Source: Camelus dromedarius | Lineage: Eukaryota | Assembly: GCF_036321535.1 (NCBI RefSeq) | Contig: NC_087436.1 | Span: 31,374,001 to 31,438,000, forward strand | DNA length: 64,000 nucleotides | Direction of reading: 5' to 3' | In this document: piece by piece, positions 11,386 to 24,232 of the stretch | Numbering within the stretch: position 1 is the stretch's first letter | How the letters are laid out: each line of letters opens with the position of its first letter | Notes under the pieces: model-generated | The model's database searches: none | The model's input: the letters and a program-made list of their open reading frames with translations, nothing else | What the model was told of the DNA's origin: nothing | Position numbers and translations under genes: made by a program

Positions 11386-12527
11386 CTTTAAAGACAAGAG
11401 GGTCCCGGAACTGGTACCAACAAGACGCTAGTGCAGTGAGGAATGGGAGAAGCACGGCACCGGCGCTCCTCTTTGCCATATGAAGGCAGTAAATTTGGTT
11501 GTGGAGACAAGCAAACTTGAGTTGTGGGGAAAATGTTCTCCAGCTAAAGGTCCCAGGGGCTCAGTAAACATTTTCTCATTAATAACAGTTTATAGATGGA
11601 GTCTTTCAACTTAGAAATTTTAAGATGTCATTCAATACATAATCTAATAAAGAATGATAGGACATTAAAAGTAATATAAATAAAGGAAATGTAGTCCACA
11701 TAAGGGTCATTTGGATAATTACTTCATCCCTTGCATCCAGAATTTTGAAATGAAATACAGCCTTTCCTCACTTCTTCTGCAATAAATCATTTATAAAAAG
11801 TAAGTGGTTTTTCAAATAAATGACTGTATCTATGACTATTCTCCCCAAATCAATAGTACATTTGTTGATAATTCTGGATTTAAAGGTTCATTTCACCTTA
11901 GTATTGATGTTCTGTCTCCTCTGCCATTTCATTAGATTTAAAATTTTTCATTCTTGGTAATGAACTGTAAGAAAGTTGCTATGCTAGAATGTGGCCCCAT
12001 TTCAGAGTTGGGCAATGCAACTCAATATATCATTGTCTATTAATTACTGTGATCACTAAAGTTTCTTGTTTGTATGCTCAGCAAAATTAAAGTTAGGAGG
12101 CTGGCTTCATTTTGTAAGGCAAGAATTCCTGGCTTCTCCTTAAACACATCACTGAGCTGCTCTAAAATGGGGCAACATTTAAAAACTTTCATCCTGTGAC
12201 CCTTCAGACAAGACTTGAGTCAGTTCAACAAATCCTTCTGAGTGACTAGAAAATGCCCAACAGTGGGTGGAATGCCAGGTTTCAAGAACTAAAAGGTAGC
12301 ACTGTCCTTGGGAAGCCTACAGTCTAGTGAAAAAGCAAATACATACACAGAAAATCTCAAGAGAAAACAGTAAGTCTCAAGGCCTGTAAACAGGAAAATG
12401 CAGCATAGAAGAGGAGCGCCAGCCCAGAGGGGTAACTGAGGAACTGCTGCAGAGGCAAGATGACGTTTAAGCCACACGTTAACCTTTTTTAATGTTAAAA
12501 TTTCATGACAGTGTAAACATAAATGAG

Positions 12528-12875
12528 TGTCTCAGTCAGCTCAAGCTGCTGTAACAAAATACCAGAGATGAGTGGCTTAAACCAGAGGTGCTTATTTCTC
12601 ACAGTTATGGAGGCTAGGAGTCCAAGATCAAGGTGCAGATAGCCGCCTTCTTGCTGGATCCTCACATAGTAGAGAGAGAAACTCTGGTGTCTCTTCCTCC
12701 TCTTCTAAGGGCATACATCCCACGATGGGGTATCCACTCTCATGACTTCATGTAAACCTACTTACCTCTCCAAATTCCTCACCTTCTAATACCAACACAA
12801 TCAGGGTTAGGGCTTGGACACATGAATGGGGGGTGGAGGGAAGCGGGAAGTGACATGAACATCCAGTCCATAACA
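12528..12875 (-). mobile_element. ERVL-MaLR solo LTR (MLT1A0-like)
   Basis: TG...CA termini; ggcttaaac..ttatttctcacagtt..ggaggctaggagtccaagatcaagg; flanks atgag/gtgag (4/5 TSD). Confidence 0.9.
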
Positions 12876-13157
12876 GTGAGTATGTCCAACTGTATCAAAT
12901 CCCCATCAATTTAATAAAAGCATGACCACAATAATTTAGCTTGTGAAAATCTACACAGGAGCATCACCATGTGGAAGAGACAGTCGGGTCTCTGTTCAGA
13001 AGCCGATTACCACCCAGAGTCACTGCACAGCCTCAGATGGAGTGACACAGCCAGGGTAAAAGCTTTCATCTCCACTGTATATTAATGCTGTGATGCCATA
13101 AAAATTGTTATAATAATTTTAAATGCTGAAGCAGGCCAGACTAGAAAAGCAGGGTTA

Positions 13158-13177
13158 TACTGCCATCTGCTGGCAGC
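13158..13177 (-). promoter_or_regulatory. CTCF core motif
   Basis: The minus strand reads GCTGCCAGCAGATGGCAGTA, matching CCASYAGRKGGCRS, in unique sequence. Confidence 0.55.
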
Positions 13178-16129
13178 ACTCCAGGATGACTGTCAGTAAA
13201 AGGGTACTGGATTCTACCTGCAGGCCCACACTCCACTTTTCCAGCAATAAAAGTCCAGGTAGCGAAAAGATACTTATCGTCAGCTACTTTATTAAAGAAC
13301 ATAATTTAAAACTCATTTCCAATAAAATGAATTTTCTGAAACTCATCTGTATTGTATTTTAATCAGATGAAGAAATGTTAATGATATTTTCTTAGTAAGT
13401 TTTAAAATAGTAACCCCGGAACTAAACATATTTTTTATTCTCATCCCTTGGATTTTTTATATATACCTTGTTATTTCCAGTTCAATTTAATAGGATACAC
13501 TATACAAACAAGGCAGCATTTTTCACCAGATTTTCAATTAGCTAAAACAAAATATTATTGGCACTTGAATGGAGTAGATGATAAATTTCTTATGCTGATG
13601 AACAGAATATTTAAATGTCTTTTCTTTGTCTTGGTTTGAGAGTAGGTTTTATTGTACCAAATCCATACACTGTGCTTCTCTAACTTTCCCTGAGGCCTTC
13701 CTTTAACTATAAAACCATTTATGACACACACCCCCTCCTCCAAAAAAAATTAAGCAAACCAATTGCTCCAATACTTGCTGGTTTTCATTATATCCTGAAA
13801 CATCCATTCAGCATTTTTATCTGCTAATGTAACAGAAACTCATCTGCTCAATGAGATTTATTACTTGTTTTTTTTTTCACATGTTCACAAGATATTGTTG
13901 TACATTTTGCAATGGGTCTTTATTATCTAGTAATAATGGCTTGCAAATTAAATTAGTTTTTAATGGCATAGTTAAATTCTAATTTATGTTTTGGAGCTTT
14001 GTTTAATTCATTTAGTTATAATGTAATCGTTTTCTTGCTATTTTCTTACATTACATGGAAAGAACAAAAGAATGGGGGCTCATCATCACATTCAGTTGTT
14101 GTGGCTTTATTAAATCTTGTCACTAATTGCATTTCCCCCAAGAAACTTTCAAAACAATTGCAGTCTGATCCTTTGGGCAAAAGTATCTGGTTGCTCAGCA
14201 TTCTGTATAAGAAGTTGAATCAAACTATTCCTGGAACTCTGAGGGTTGGTTACATATTGCACTTTCTCGTACTCATTACAACCCTACTGTGCTGTGTAAT
14301 GTACTGGGCAATTATTCTTTTGCAACAAATTCCTTTCCTGTGAGCTCTCTTTCTTTCCTGAATGTTCAGGAAAACCAAAACCAAAAGTGATCATTAGCAG
14401 CACAGAAAGTAATCTTTTATAATGTCTACTTGCATTTTCTTCCCTCTCAATCGACAGGACTTTCTCAGACCCGGCTGCAATAACCTTTTATAATACCTTC
14501 TCATTGGGGTCCACACAGCAAGAGCAAAAAAATCCTTAGCAAGTTTCAACCTTTTAAACCAAAAACTGGATTCTGGGGCTGCATAAGAATAACTGATGTG
14601 ATTTAGAATTTCCCGAGCCGGCTCGACCCTTTCTTGGTGTTGGTAGTTTTCCCAAGAGGACTGAAGCACACAGGTGGTATTTTAATGAGGACTGTCTGCA
14701 TCATTGGCTTTTTAAAGTTTCCACCCAAATAAGAATAACCTCTCAGGCCAATTCTTCCTTTTTTCTAATGAGGAAAATAAGTCTCATATCCCAGGGAACT
14801 ATCCCATTCTGATTTCAATTTGGGTGTGCTTGTCTACATATGGTTCCCCCAGAGTTTCTAGGCACAACATCCAGATGCCAGGTGTGATCGGATCCTGAAT
14901 TCTGCTCCTCACTCTGCCCATCACCTTTTAAACTCTTGATATTGGCCACCAAAGGGAAAAGAGTCTGATTATCAGTAACCCATTTTCTTGCCCCAGAAAA
15001 ACAACTCACCACACCAGTTCTACTGACTAGGAACCAGGAGTGGCAACATCGCAAATGAAGACCCTAGAAGGACCATCTTGTCTTATTTCTGATGAAGGCA
15101 AAACAAGAATATGAGGTAAGAAAGAAGTAAGAAATAAATCGGCTTTTCCGTATATATCTTTTTTACAGTTTTCATTTTTTCCCGTGCGTGCTCTACTTTT
15201 TAAGAAGCCTGCAAAAAATAACAATGTGCTGTACACATGTGATACTACTCCTGATTTTAATTCAGCTAATCATGTTACCTGTTAAAGGATGAGAAAGAAA
15301 GAAACTGGGGCATCGGAGGCCCTTTTACGTGAAAGAACATTTCTCTAAGAAACCAGTGAAGAATAAGAAGCCGTCTTAATGTTAGCCCCCCTGTTCCGCT
15401 ATCTGAACCATCTTTGGCATCTTCTGGTGCCCAAATGTGCTGCTGACAATGACCAGCATAGCATCCACAGAATGGATCCAAGATTCTAAATTAGTCCTTG
15501 AAACTTACTTATTCAGGAGACATATGTGCACTGAAGTAAGCTTGGAAAGAAAGGAACATTTGAAGAAAAAAGCAATTTGCTTCAAAGTTCACCTCTGCTC
15601 TTAGCCATTCATATGCTGCTGTCCATCGCCTGGGAGCTGTGTGCTGAGGGCGGGCTTCGGCTCACAATCGGCAGTCTTTGCTCACTTCATTCCTTAGTTC
15701 ACTAGGCATCAAGCAACACACCTCATTTTTTGCATAATCCTCACTGAAGCCTAACACCGCAGTTCACAGATGGTGATATCCTTAGGTTTTTAGAGGAGGA
15801 ATAAGATCTTTCAGGACAGGGTTCAGATGAAAATTTTATAGATTGTAAATTCCTTTAAGTGTAAAATTCTCATATGTGTTTATTTCCACCCACTGTAATG
15901 GTGGTCTTTAAAATAGAAGTATCTATGACATAGTTGACTAATGAGCGATCAACACATGCAAACAGCTCGTGCTCTCTAGGTTAATTCCATGCCCCCAGTT
16001 TATCCTGTTTCATTTTAATAATGCTGATCTTGACTCCTAAACCTATTCCACAACAGTTGAAGTGGGTCACAGCCCACCCTGAAACGATAACCATAAACTA
16101 TGTCATTACAAATGACTCCAAGGCTTTTA

Positions 16130-17165
16130 CAGTCTCTGTTGAAACACCCCAAGCCCCAATTTTCCCCTCTTATCATTCCAGCTTATTCCTTGAGAATGCC
16201 AGCTCCTACAACTCTCCATGACCCCACCACTTTTCCTTGAATCCATCCCTTTATATTCTTTTTACCCTCCACAAGTTTACAGGTAAACTCCACAACCCCT
16301 GATCATAATCACCTCTTTGCACACTCTCTCCCCTCATTTCTCCCCTCATACCATCCTGGGGAGACCCAACCTTGGTTAAATCTAATTCTGTGAGCTCTGG
16401 GCCCAAGTTCCAGCAGGTGGACAGGGCCATAAGAAAGGATCCAGCCTTGCCGCCGGCCTCACCTTCACTCTGCCAACGCTGACTCCAGGAGGTCCTGGTG
16501 CTGCCCTTGTGAGCCTCACCCTACCTCATGGCTCTACACACCATTTGCTCTGAGGACTCCCACCTGATGTCTCCGGCCCTGCTCTCGCCCCTGAACACAC
16601 GCAGACACTCTACAGCTGCCTCTTCAGCAGCTCTACGTGCACCTCAGACTTAACATGACCAAAGCCAAGCTCCTGGGCACCCCTCCTCACCCTGGATCTG
16701 CCTCTCTTGCAGTCTCCCCGCCCCAGGAAATGGGACTCCCGTCCCCCAGCCTCTTTCCTCCTCACTCACAGGAGAAGCTGGAATCCTACAGGAAGCCCTC
16801 CACAGCCTCACCCCTTCTGTCCCCCCATGTGGATTCTTTTTTTCTCAGGTAGTTTCATGGCTCACCTTCTTCAGATCTTTGCCCAGGCATCTCCTTCTCA
16901 GGGTATCACCATTTAAAACTGCAACCCACCCTACGACAGCACTGCATATTCCCTTCCCTGCTTTATTTTTCTCCTTAGCACTTATCACTAAATATCACAC
17001 TCTGTCATTTACTTACCCTGTTTACTGCCTGTCTCCTCTGACCAAACTGTAAGCTCCATGAGAACAGGGATTTCTGACGATTTTGCTCTTGACTATACTC
17101 ATGGGTGCTTGGTACCCAGTACAATAAATGCATATGGTGAATGAAAGAATGAGTGAGTGAATGAT
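16130..17165 (+). mobile_element. L2 LINE (3' portion with internal deletions)
   Basis: cacctcagacttaacatgaccaaagccaagctcc..ctgtaagctccatgagaacagggattt..aataaatgcatatggtgaatgaaagaatgagtgagtgaatga. Confidence 0.8.
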
Positions 17166-20100
17166 GCTGGTGTCATAAAGTCCACACACTGCACCTGAGT
17201 TCCAGAGGTGAAATCAAGTGTCCCAGGTGGATAAACAAGATCGTCAGTCCATCTTCTATTACCAGTACGTGACCAGTACATACGGCCTGCTCTCTTTTGT
17301 GCTGTGTGAATAGAGAATCAGCAGCACTTGCCCTAGTGATGACCTTGTCCTTGACTTCCCTGGGAAACACACACACACACAGGGAGACACCCGATATTCC
17401 TGGCTTTTAGGCTTCTCATTCCTAAGATATTTGCTTGGGAGACACAACTGAAGGATGGGGAAGCCCAGATGTCTGAGTGCTCAAGCTATGTCTGAAACAT
17501 GACCCAAAGGTCTCTGTGTCTCTGACAGAGAAGGCAGAATCTGGAAAAACTGCAAATCTGAGGTTCAAGTAGTTCTCTGTTTTGAAAGAAGTTTGAATTT
17601 ACCTTTTGAACAGGCAATTCTTAGGAGATATTAGTCACTCTACTAAGCCTATTAATTGTGCAGAATATAAAGCAAAGCACTTATCAGAGACTTCAGATAC
17701 GTAAGTTACTGTGTTTCCAAGGAGAAAATACAACCTGGCCTAGTTAGCATAGAAGAGAGTTTAAAAAAGAAAAACAAAAAAAAAAAAAAAAAGAAAAGAA
17801 AGAAATTAGGTTGTTTGGGGGATAAGATGAATTATCCCAGGAAGATTAGGCTGCTTCAGGAGACAGGGACGGAGGGCTGAAAGCGCCCCCATCTGGCTCC
17901 TTGGAGCAGATTTGAATTCTTACAGAGTGAGGGCCGTGACTGACAGATGAATTTAATGAGAAGCCGGAGAGGGGCTGAGGGACTGGAAAGGAGGACCAAT
18001 TCATAAAAGCTTTTAAAGACCCTCCCCCCCAAAAAACCCCAATAATACTTAATAAGCACTCAAAAGTTGTAATTAATATCTAAATTTTGGCATAAACAGA
18101 GATGATGTAGAGCCTAAATGACCAAATATAACTTAGAGTTGAAAAGAAAATAATTCTCCTCACCTCTGTGCCTCTGAGGCCTGCAAATGGGCAAAGATGA
18201 GACCCTTGACCCAAAAGGTAAGCACAGTGAGCAGCAACTGAGGTGAGACTCTCAGAGGCCCCAGGACCTGGAAATAGAGAGCATATTGGATGTGTTTGTG
18301 CATGGATGTGAGACACGCATTCAGGGACTTCCAGAAATAGCCTGGGAAACTTTGAGGGGATGAATTCCATATGGGTGGAATGGGTCGGGGCTCAGAGAAA
18401 TGTGATTTCAGCCCACATGTAAATGAAAACCCACAGGCTGCTTTGGCCGGACAATGTTTTGGTACATACCCATGAGGCGGACGAGAATAATTTTAAAAAG
18501 CATTCATAAGTTTAAATAGATTCAATAAATCCGGGATCAAAGGTGGACCAGGAAATCAATTTATTCACTCTTGGTCTAGTCAATTCCTAAAGGGGAAGGA
18601 TAGTGAGATTTCTTCTAAGAAGTCCAAGGAGTGGTCTCCAGAGGCCCACTTCATGCAGGCTTCCAGGATTTCCTAATTAAGAAACCCTGGAACCTCTTCA
18701 GACGGGAACCTAGGAAAGTCTCAAACTTGGAGAAGTACTTTTAAGTGGAATTAAACATGATTCTTTCTGTGGTATGAAAAGGGTTACCTGAGATCATCAA
18801 AACAGAAACCCACAAACCCAAAGTGATAACCCTACAGACTCCCCAAGTATCACCTGCATGTAGTTTCAATTGTAACCGATAAAAAAGAAAAAGAGAGGGA
18901 GGGAGGAAGGAAGGATTTAAATGAAAAGGAACCCCCCCCCAACAGCACAACATTTTTAAATAACTCAGTTTGTTTGTTTGTTTGTTTAAAACAAGTCAAT
19001 TTACAGCAAATTCTATATAACTAAGTAGCAATAGGTATATAACAAAAAAGAGTGAGGAGTGTTTCTACTTTGCAATTTGGTATTCATTTCTTTTTTTAAA
19101 AAAATAAAGATTTTAAACAGTCTCATTTTACATTTGCCACCTGGAGCCTTAAAATTTGCCCTCAACTTTGTGATTCATGATGCAGCTCTCAGATGGGTGT
19201 TATTAACAATGCTGAGCCATCTGGTAGCCTCCTGTTTGAGTCAATCACTCTTGCTAAGTAGGTATTGAGATCACTTGTTCCTGTAATGCTGAAGGAGTGC
19301 ATATGCTGTAAACTCGTAAATGTAGCAGTCTTTTTAAACATCATTTTATATTTGAGTATCCTCTAAATTTTCATGCCCTCTGCCCTAATTACAGCTCTGC
19401 CCTTGAATTTGTTCCACTGGCATTTGAACTAAAGTATTATTGAAAGGAATTGAGAGGGATAATGCTTATGAAGCCTTGAGGGAAATAAAGGATGTATCCA
19501 AGTGATGCTACAGAGAGACTCCCAGGATCACCAGCTAACATCAATCCACTAAAATCCACTAAATTTCAGATTTTTCGTTGGCTCTTGTAGGGACATACAA
19601 AGCCATCTGCTTGGAGCAGTCACTATCGTATAATACACACACTGGCCAGAAGGCAGTAACTAGCTAAGTAAAAACTGTCAAATTGCTAGACAACTTTCTC
19701 AATAAATTGGAGAAAAAAAACCCTGATATTTCAAAACAGTGCAAAACTTAGTTCTCCTATTTGCATTCGTTATGCAACGTAGAGATGCAATTCATGTTTG
19801 TGGCTGATTATTCCGTTAAAAGCTCTCTTAGTATTTTTCTTTTCTATACCCAGTTGGTATTCCACAGCAACAACAAAAAGATTGTTCACAGGTTGACCTT
19901 CAGTAGCTTTTAAACTGTACAAAGAACCTCTAGACAATGTCGGTGTCTGAATACCACAACAGCAAGGGGGAGGAGAGATCTTTAGGGCTGGAGGGGAGAG
20001 AAGAGAAGAATGCACACAGCAGGGAAGGGGCTTAGCTAGAAAGCAGGTAATTGTGGTCCTCAGTCACTCAATGCTGGAAAGAGGACGGAATGTGTAGGGA

Positions 20101-21592
20101 AGACTCTTGATGGGGCATGGAGGGACGAGAAAGACCAGCTCCCTCTTGGATCTCTAAAGACCCAGCTCTTTCCCAGCCATTTCATCTTTCATTTTATAAA
20201 AACAGGAAATCCTCCATTCCCATCTCATGCTATCATGCCCACTTTTTTGGTGGAAGAAACACATAAAGTGAAGCCATCTACTTTCAGCTGAGGGGAGAAT
20301 GCAACAGCTTCCCACTTCTGTCAGCACTTATTATAGGGGGCAGAAGAGAAGAGACACTTTCTACCTGCTGGGCTCCAAATAAAGTGCAGTTTATGTTCCC
20401 TTGGAGTTCACAGTTAGAAAAAAAAAAATCATGTAGTGACCCTCAAAACAACCCCAAAAGGGCTATGGAGAGATTTGATAATGGAACAGTTCACTGGGAA
20501 AGAGCAAGGGGCTGAAGTCCTGAGTTGCAAAGCAGCCTAAAGAGAAAGCATTGTTCCATGCCTGAGCCGTGGCACATGCCCCGGATCGTTACTTTCTTTT
20601 CCACACTGAATTGTGTTTTCACATCTATTGTTGCAAATGTTTCAGGACCACTAGAAGCTGGAGAGTCCAGTATCTGACACGGCTGGAGAGCAGATCGTTG
20701 GGGGATCAGGGGGGCAACTTCCCTGAGGAGAGAGCCCTTTTTCTTAACACTCCAGTTGTCTCACAATCGTTGGAAGCAAAGAATGCAAAGCCCAGTCGTG
20801 CTGCTGTAATAGACTGTGATTAAACCTTGGCTGAACTTTCCCCCACAAAACAAGGTATCACATAAAGTATCCAAAATCAGGAGTATTAGGGGAAACCAAT
20901 CATTCACTTGTTAAACCAAAAAGAGGTTTCTAGATCTAATTGTTACCTGCAGTGCACACCATACAAAGGTTGCTGGCTACAAGACAGAGTTGTATAAATA
21001 GCATGACAAACAGCTGCAGATTTCAATTACTCCATGATCATCAGTGTATAGAATAAAGAGGCAATTTTGCAGAGGAGAAACCACAGGGAATACATTGGAC
21101 TGACAACTGCCTGAAATTCAATTTGCCGAAGTGATACTGAAATATGGGGGAGAAGTCGCAGTGCACTGATTAAGTTTCAAGCTGCTGCATTACTAATACT
21201 GTCTCGTGAACCTGTATGCTCTGTTATCACCATAGCAACATGATCATCAAAGCAATCCTGAAAACAGGCTACACCACAGACTGTTCATTTACATTTGTGA
21301 TAAATGCTGGAAAAGTCAGGTGTATTAATAAGCCAGGACTCTCACTGAACCTGGCAACCTAGAAAAATTGCAAAGAGCAGAAAATACTGTTTTTTCTATA
21401 CCTTTAGCTATTTGACACATATAAACAAACAAATAAATAAGACAGGTAAATGAACAGGAGAGCCAAATGTTAATTCAAGAAGAAATAAAAACAGAAAATC
21501 GGTTTTATGATATCATTGGCAGTATTCATATTTGCACAGAGTTCCTAATGGGAAAAAAAAACCTGTTTTGGAGATATTTGAGGTGAAGAAAG

Positions 21593-21666
21593 GTCTCTCT
21601 CTTTCTCTGTCTCTCTGTCTCTCTCTCTCTTTCTCACACACACACACACACAAATATACACACACA
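21593..21666. repeat. Compound (TC)n(CA)n microsatellite
   Basis: Direct observation. Confidence 0.9.
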
Positions 21667-22689
21667 AAAGATCACTAACAGTATTAAATTGTTGGTTCTC
21701 ATTTCATATAAACAAGTAAAAAAATGCTTTACATGACTAAAGTTTTACTCTACTGACTATACTTGCTGTTCTAAATGGAAGAGGATTACAAAAAGCATTT
21801 TTGACAAACTGGAGTCATTAACTTGACTCATTATACAAACATCTCATCCTCAAATTTTTTTGTTTCTATTTCCTTAACTTTTAAACTATTGATTATAAAG
21901 GGAAAGTGAAATATAAAACTATACCATTTCTGGCTTTTTATTTTCATAAAGGAAATTTGCTCTCCTGATAGAGTATGACACAGAAATATTAGAATCTGAC
22001 TTGGGAAATATGCTATTTTTCTGCAAAATTAATCAGATGAGAAAAATCTTAGAGCTAAATTTTCAAATGTTTGCTTTTTCAGCAATGGCAAATGGATACG
22101 CCTCCTCTAAAAGCACTAAACATTTAATATTTTTTTCCAGCCAGTGTCTTCTGTTTCCACAGAACCATTCTGCTACATCCTAAACCTAATGCCCACCTAG
22201 GTCTCCTCCACTAGACGTTTTGGTTGTGCCCTATTGAGTTTTTTTCCTTTACATTGCAGGCCAATGTCCCCAGTCACTCCCCGCTCCCCTTCTAGCACAT
22301 TCTTGCTTCCTGTCACCCTGTGCGGGTCCATTTCTCTCCACCAAGGCAAAGAAGACTGGGAGGTTTCCCATAGAGACACTGTCCAAAGTAGCAAAGCTAG
22401 CATCTTAAAACATCTCTGGAAAAGTTTGGTAGATTTATGAAAGCTTAACACAGCAGAAAGATAATGTCAGAATCTAAGGCAGGCTGGGTCTGATGAGAAG
22501 GAGCAGAGAATTTGGGAACTGATAGTGGAATAAAAAGCAAGATAATTCATCAAATACTGGGCACAAATTTCACAAGATGTTCTCCTCCACGCTAGACAGG
22601 ATTTACTTTCTCTTTGCTCAACGTGTATGTGAAACAGAGCTGGTAAAGGAGCTGAAATCAGCAGGGAGCCCACCTCCAACCATTCCATT

Positions 22690-23058
22690 TGTCCTCCTTA
22701 GTCCATTTTAGCTGTTGTAACAAAAGCACCATAGCATGTGGCCTAAACGGCAAACACGTGTTTCTCACAGCTCTGGAGACGGGGGGAGTCCCAGGTAAAG
22801 GCACTGAGAGATCTGGAGTCTGGTGTGCGTCATTCCTGGCTCATAGATGGCTGTCTTTTTGCCATTTCCTCACGTGGCAGAAAGAGGCAGGAGAGCTCTT
22901 TGGGGGTCTCTTTTACAAGGACAGTAATCTCATTCATGAGAGCTCCACCCTGATGACCTAATTACCTCCCAAAGGCCCCACATCCTGATACCATTTCATT
23001 ACTGGTTAGGATTTCAACTTATGAATTTGGGGGGCACACAAATACTCAGTCTATGATA
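22690..23058 (-). mobile_element. ERVL-MaLR solo LTR (MLT1A-like)
   Basis: tttctcacagctctggag..atgagagctccaccctgatgacctaattacctcccaaaggcccc..ggttaggatttcaacttatgaatttgggggg. Confidence 0.9.
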
Positions 23059-23119
23059 CTCTCAGAACTACTCTATTTCTGCTACAACTTCTCATTCTCC
23101 TCCACACCAAAAGGCATCA

Positions 23120-23740
23120 GCATGGTAGTGGTGAGAGCCTCACTAGAGATTAGGAGATCTGGGTGCTGGCTTCAGAGCTAACACCAATTAGCTACAAGAT
23201 TTTTGGCCCCATAAGCCCTGTAGGCCCCCATTTCCTTGTCACAGGGGTAATCATTTTGGGCCATAGACCCCTTTGATAGTCTGATGAAGCCTGTGAAATC
23301 CTTCTCAGAGGAATGGGCTTAAATGTACAAAATGAAATCAAAGAAATATAAAGAAAACCAACTACACTGAAATACAGTTATCAAATATTTGAAAAACAAA
23401 ATTGTGATAGAGTAATATCTATTCTCCTTTATTACCTCAATAAAAAAAGTAGGTCTAACATTGGCAGTTCTAATAAACACTGCAGTTTTGAAATAGGGAT
23501 GATTCTAGATGATACTTCAAAATATCTGTTATAATCATAAATATCTGAAAATAGCTGCGATTTCTATGGGGGACAAAATTATAGGTACTGTTCTAATATT
23601 GTGATTTGTGGCCTACATTCTTAATTTAAGGAAATGTAAATCTTCAGGTATGTATTAGTCAAAACGGTGTTTCTGTAAGATGAGGGAATTCTTCCAAATG
23701 ATCACCAAGACACCTGTTGACTCTAACATCCTGATTCCAT
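23120..23740 (+). mobile_element. MIR/MIR3 SINE split by the hAT insertion at 23242-23665
   Basis: 5' half (ggagatctgggt..cccatttccttgtc) ends at about 23240; 3' half (ctgtaagatgaggg..ctctaacatcctgattc) resumes at about 23670. Confidence 0.55.
23242..23665 (+). mobile_element. hAT-Charlie non-autonomous DNA transposon (Charlie4a-like), 3' end lost
   Basis: cagggg..gccatagacccctttgatagtctgatgaagcctgtg..ccttctcagag..gaaatacagttatcaaatattt..ggtactgttctaatattgtg resembles a Charlie-family consensus. Confidence 0.7.
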
Positions 23741-24232
23741 CAGTCTCACTGAGCTGTTTACTATCACTCCCTCTCACCTGCTTCTGAACGCCCCTGTCCT
23801 CCTGACGACACTGGGCTTCATGCCGTGTTGAACTTCAGAGGAAGCCACATTAACATTGTCTGCACCACCATATTTGTCGCCATCGTTGTGATTTCCAATC
23901 ATGATTCATCTCAACCATCTTTTCCGCTAAATCTCTCTGGGCTTTGATTTCCTCCTGGTAAAAGAAGATGATAACAGTGCTCACCATTTGGCTGCTGTGA
24001 CCATAAAACCAGCTTCAACCAGAAAACACTTAGAATAGCAACTGGAACATGGTGGAGTCACAAAAGATATCAACTATTTTCTTCTTCTTACTAACTTTAT
24101 TCTGTGACTTTTGGCCACAGGTACTCCTAGAGGAAGATACAGAACATGCTACCTTGACCCACTACAAAGATAGGCCATTTAGCTTCTGCTGGATCTCACC
24201 TCTGCCTCTCAATTCTTATTCTTCTCTTATTC

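Noticed and set aside
14394..14669. 91-aa minus-strand ORF with protein-like composition
   Set aside because: GTG start, no recognisable homology and no flanking minus-strand splice pair found
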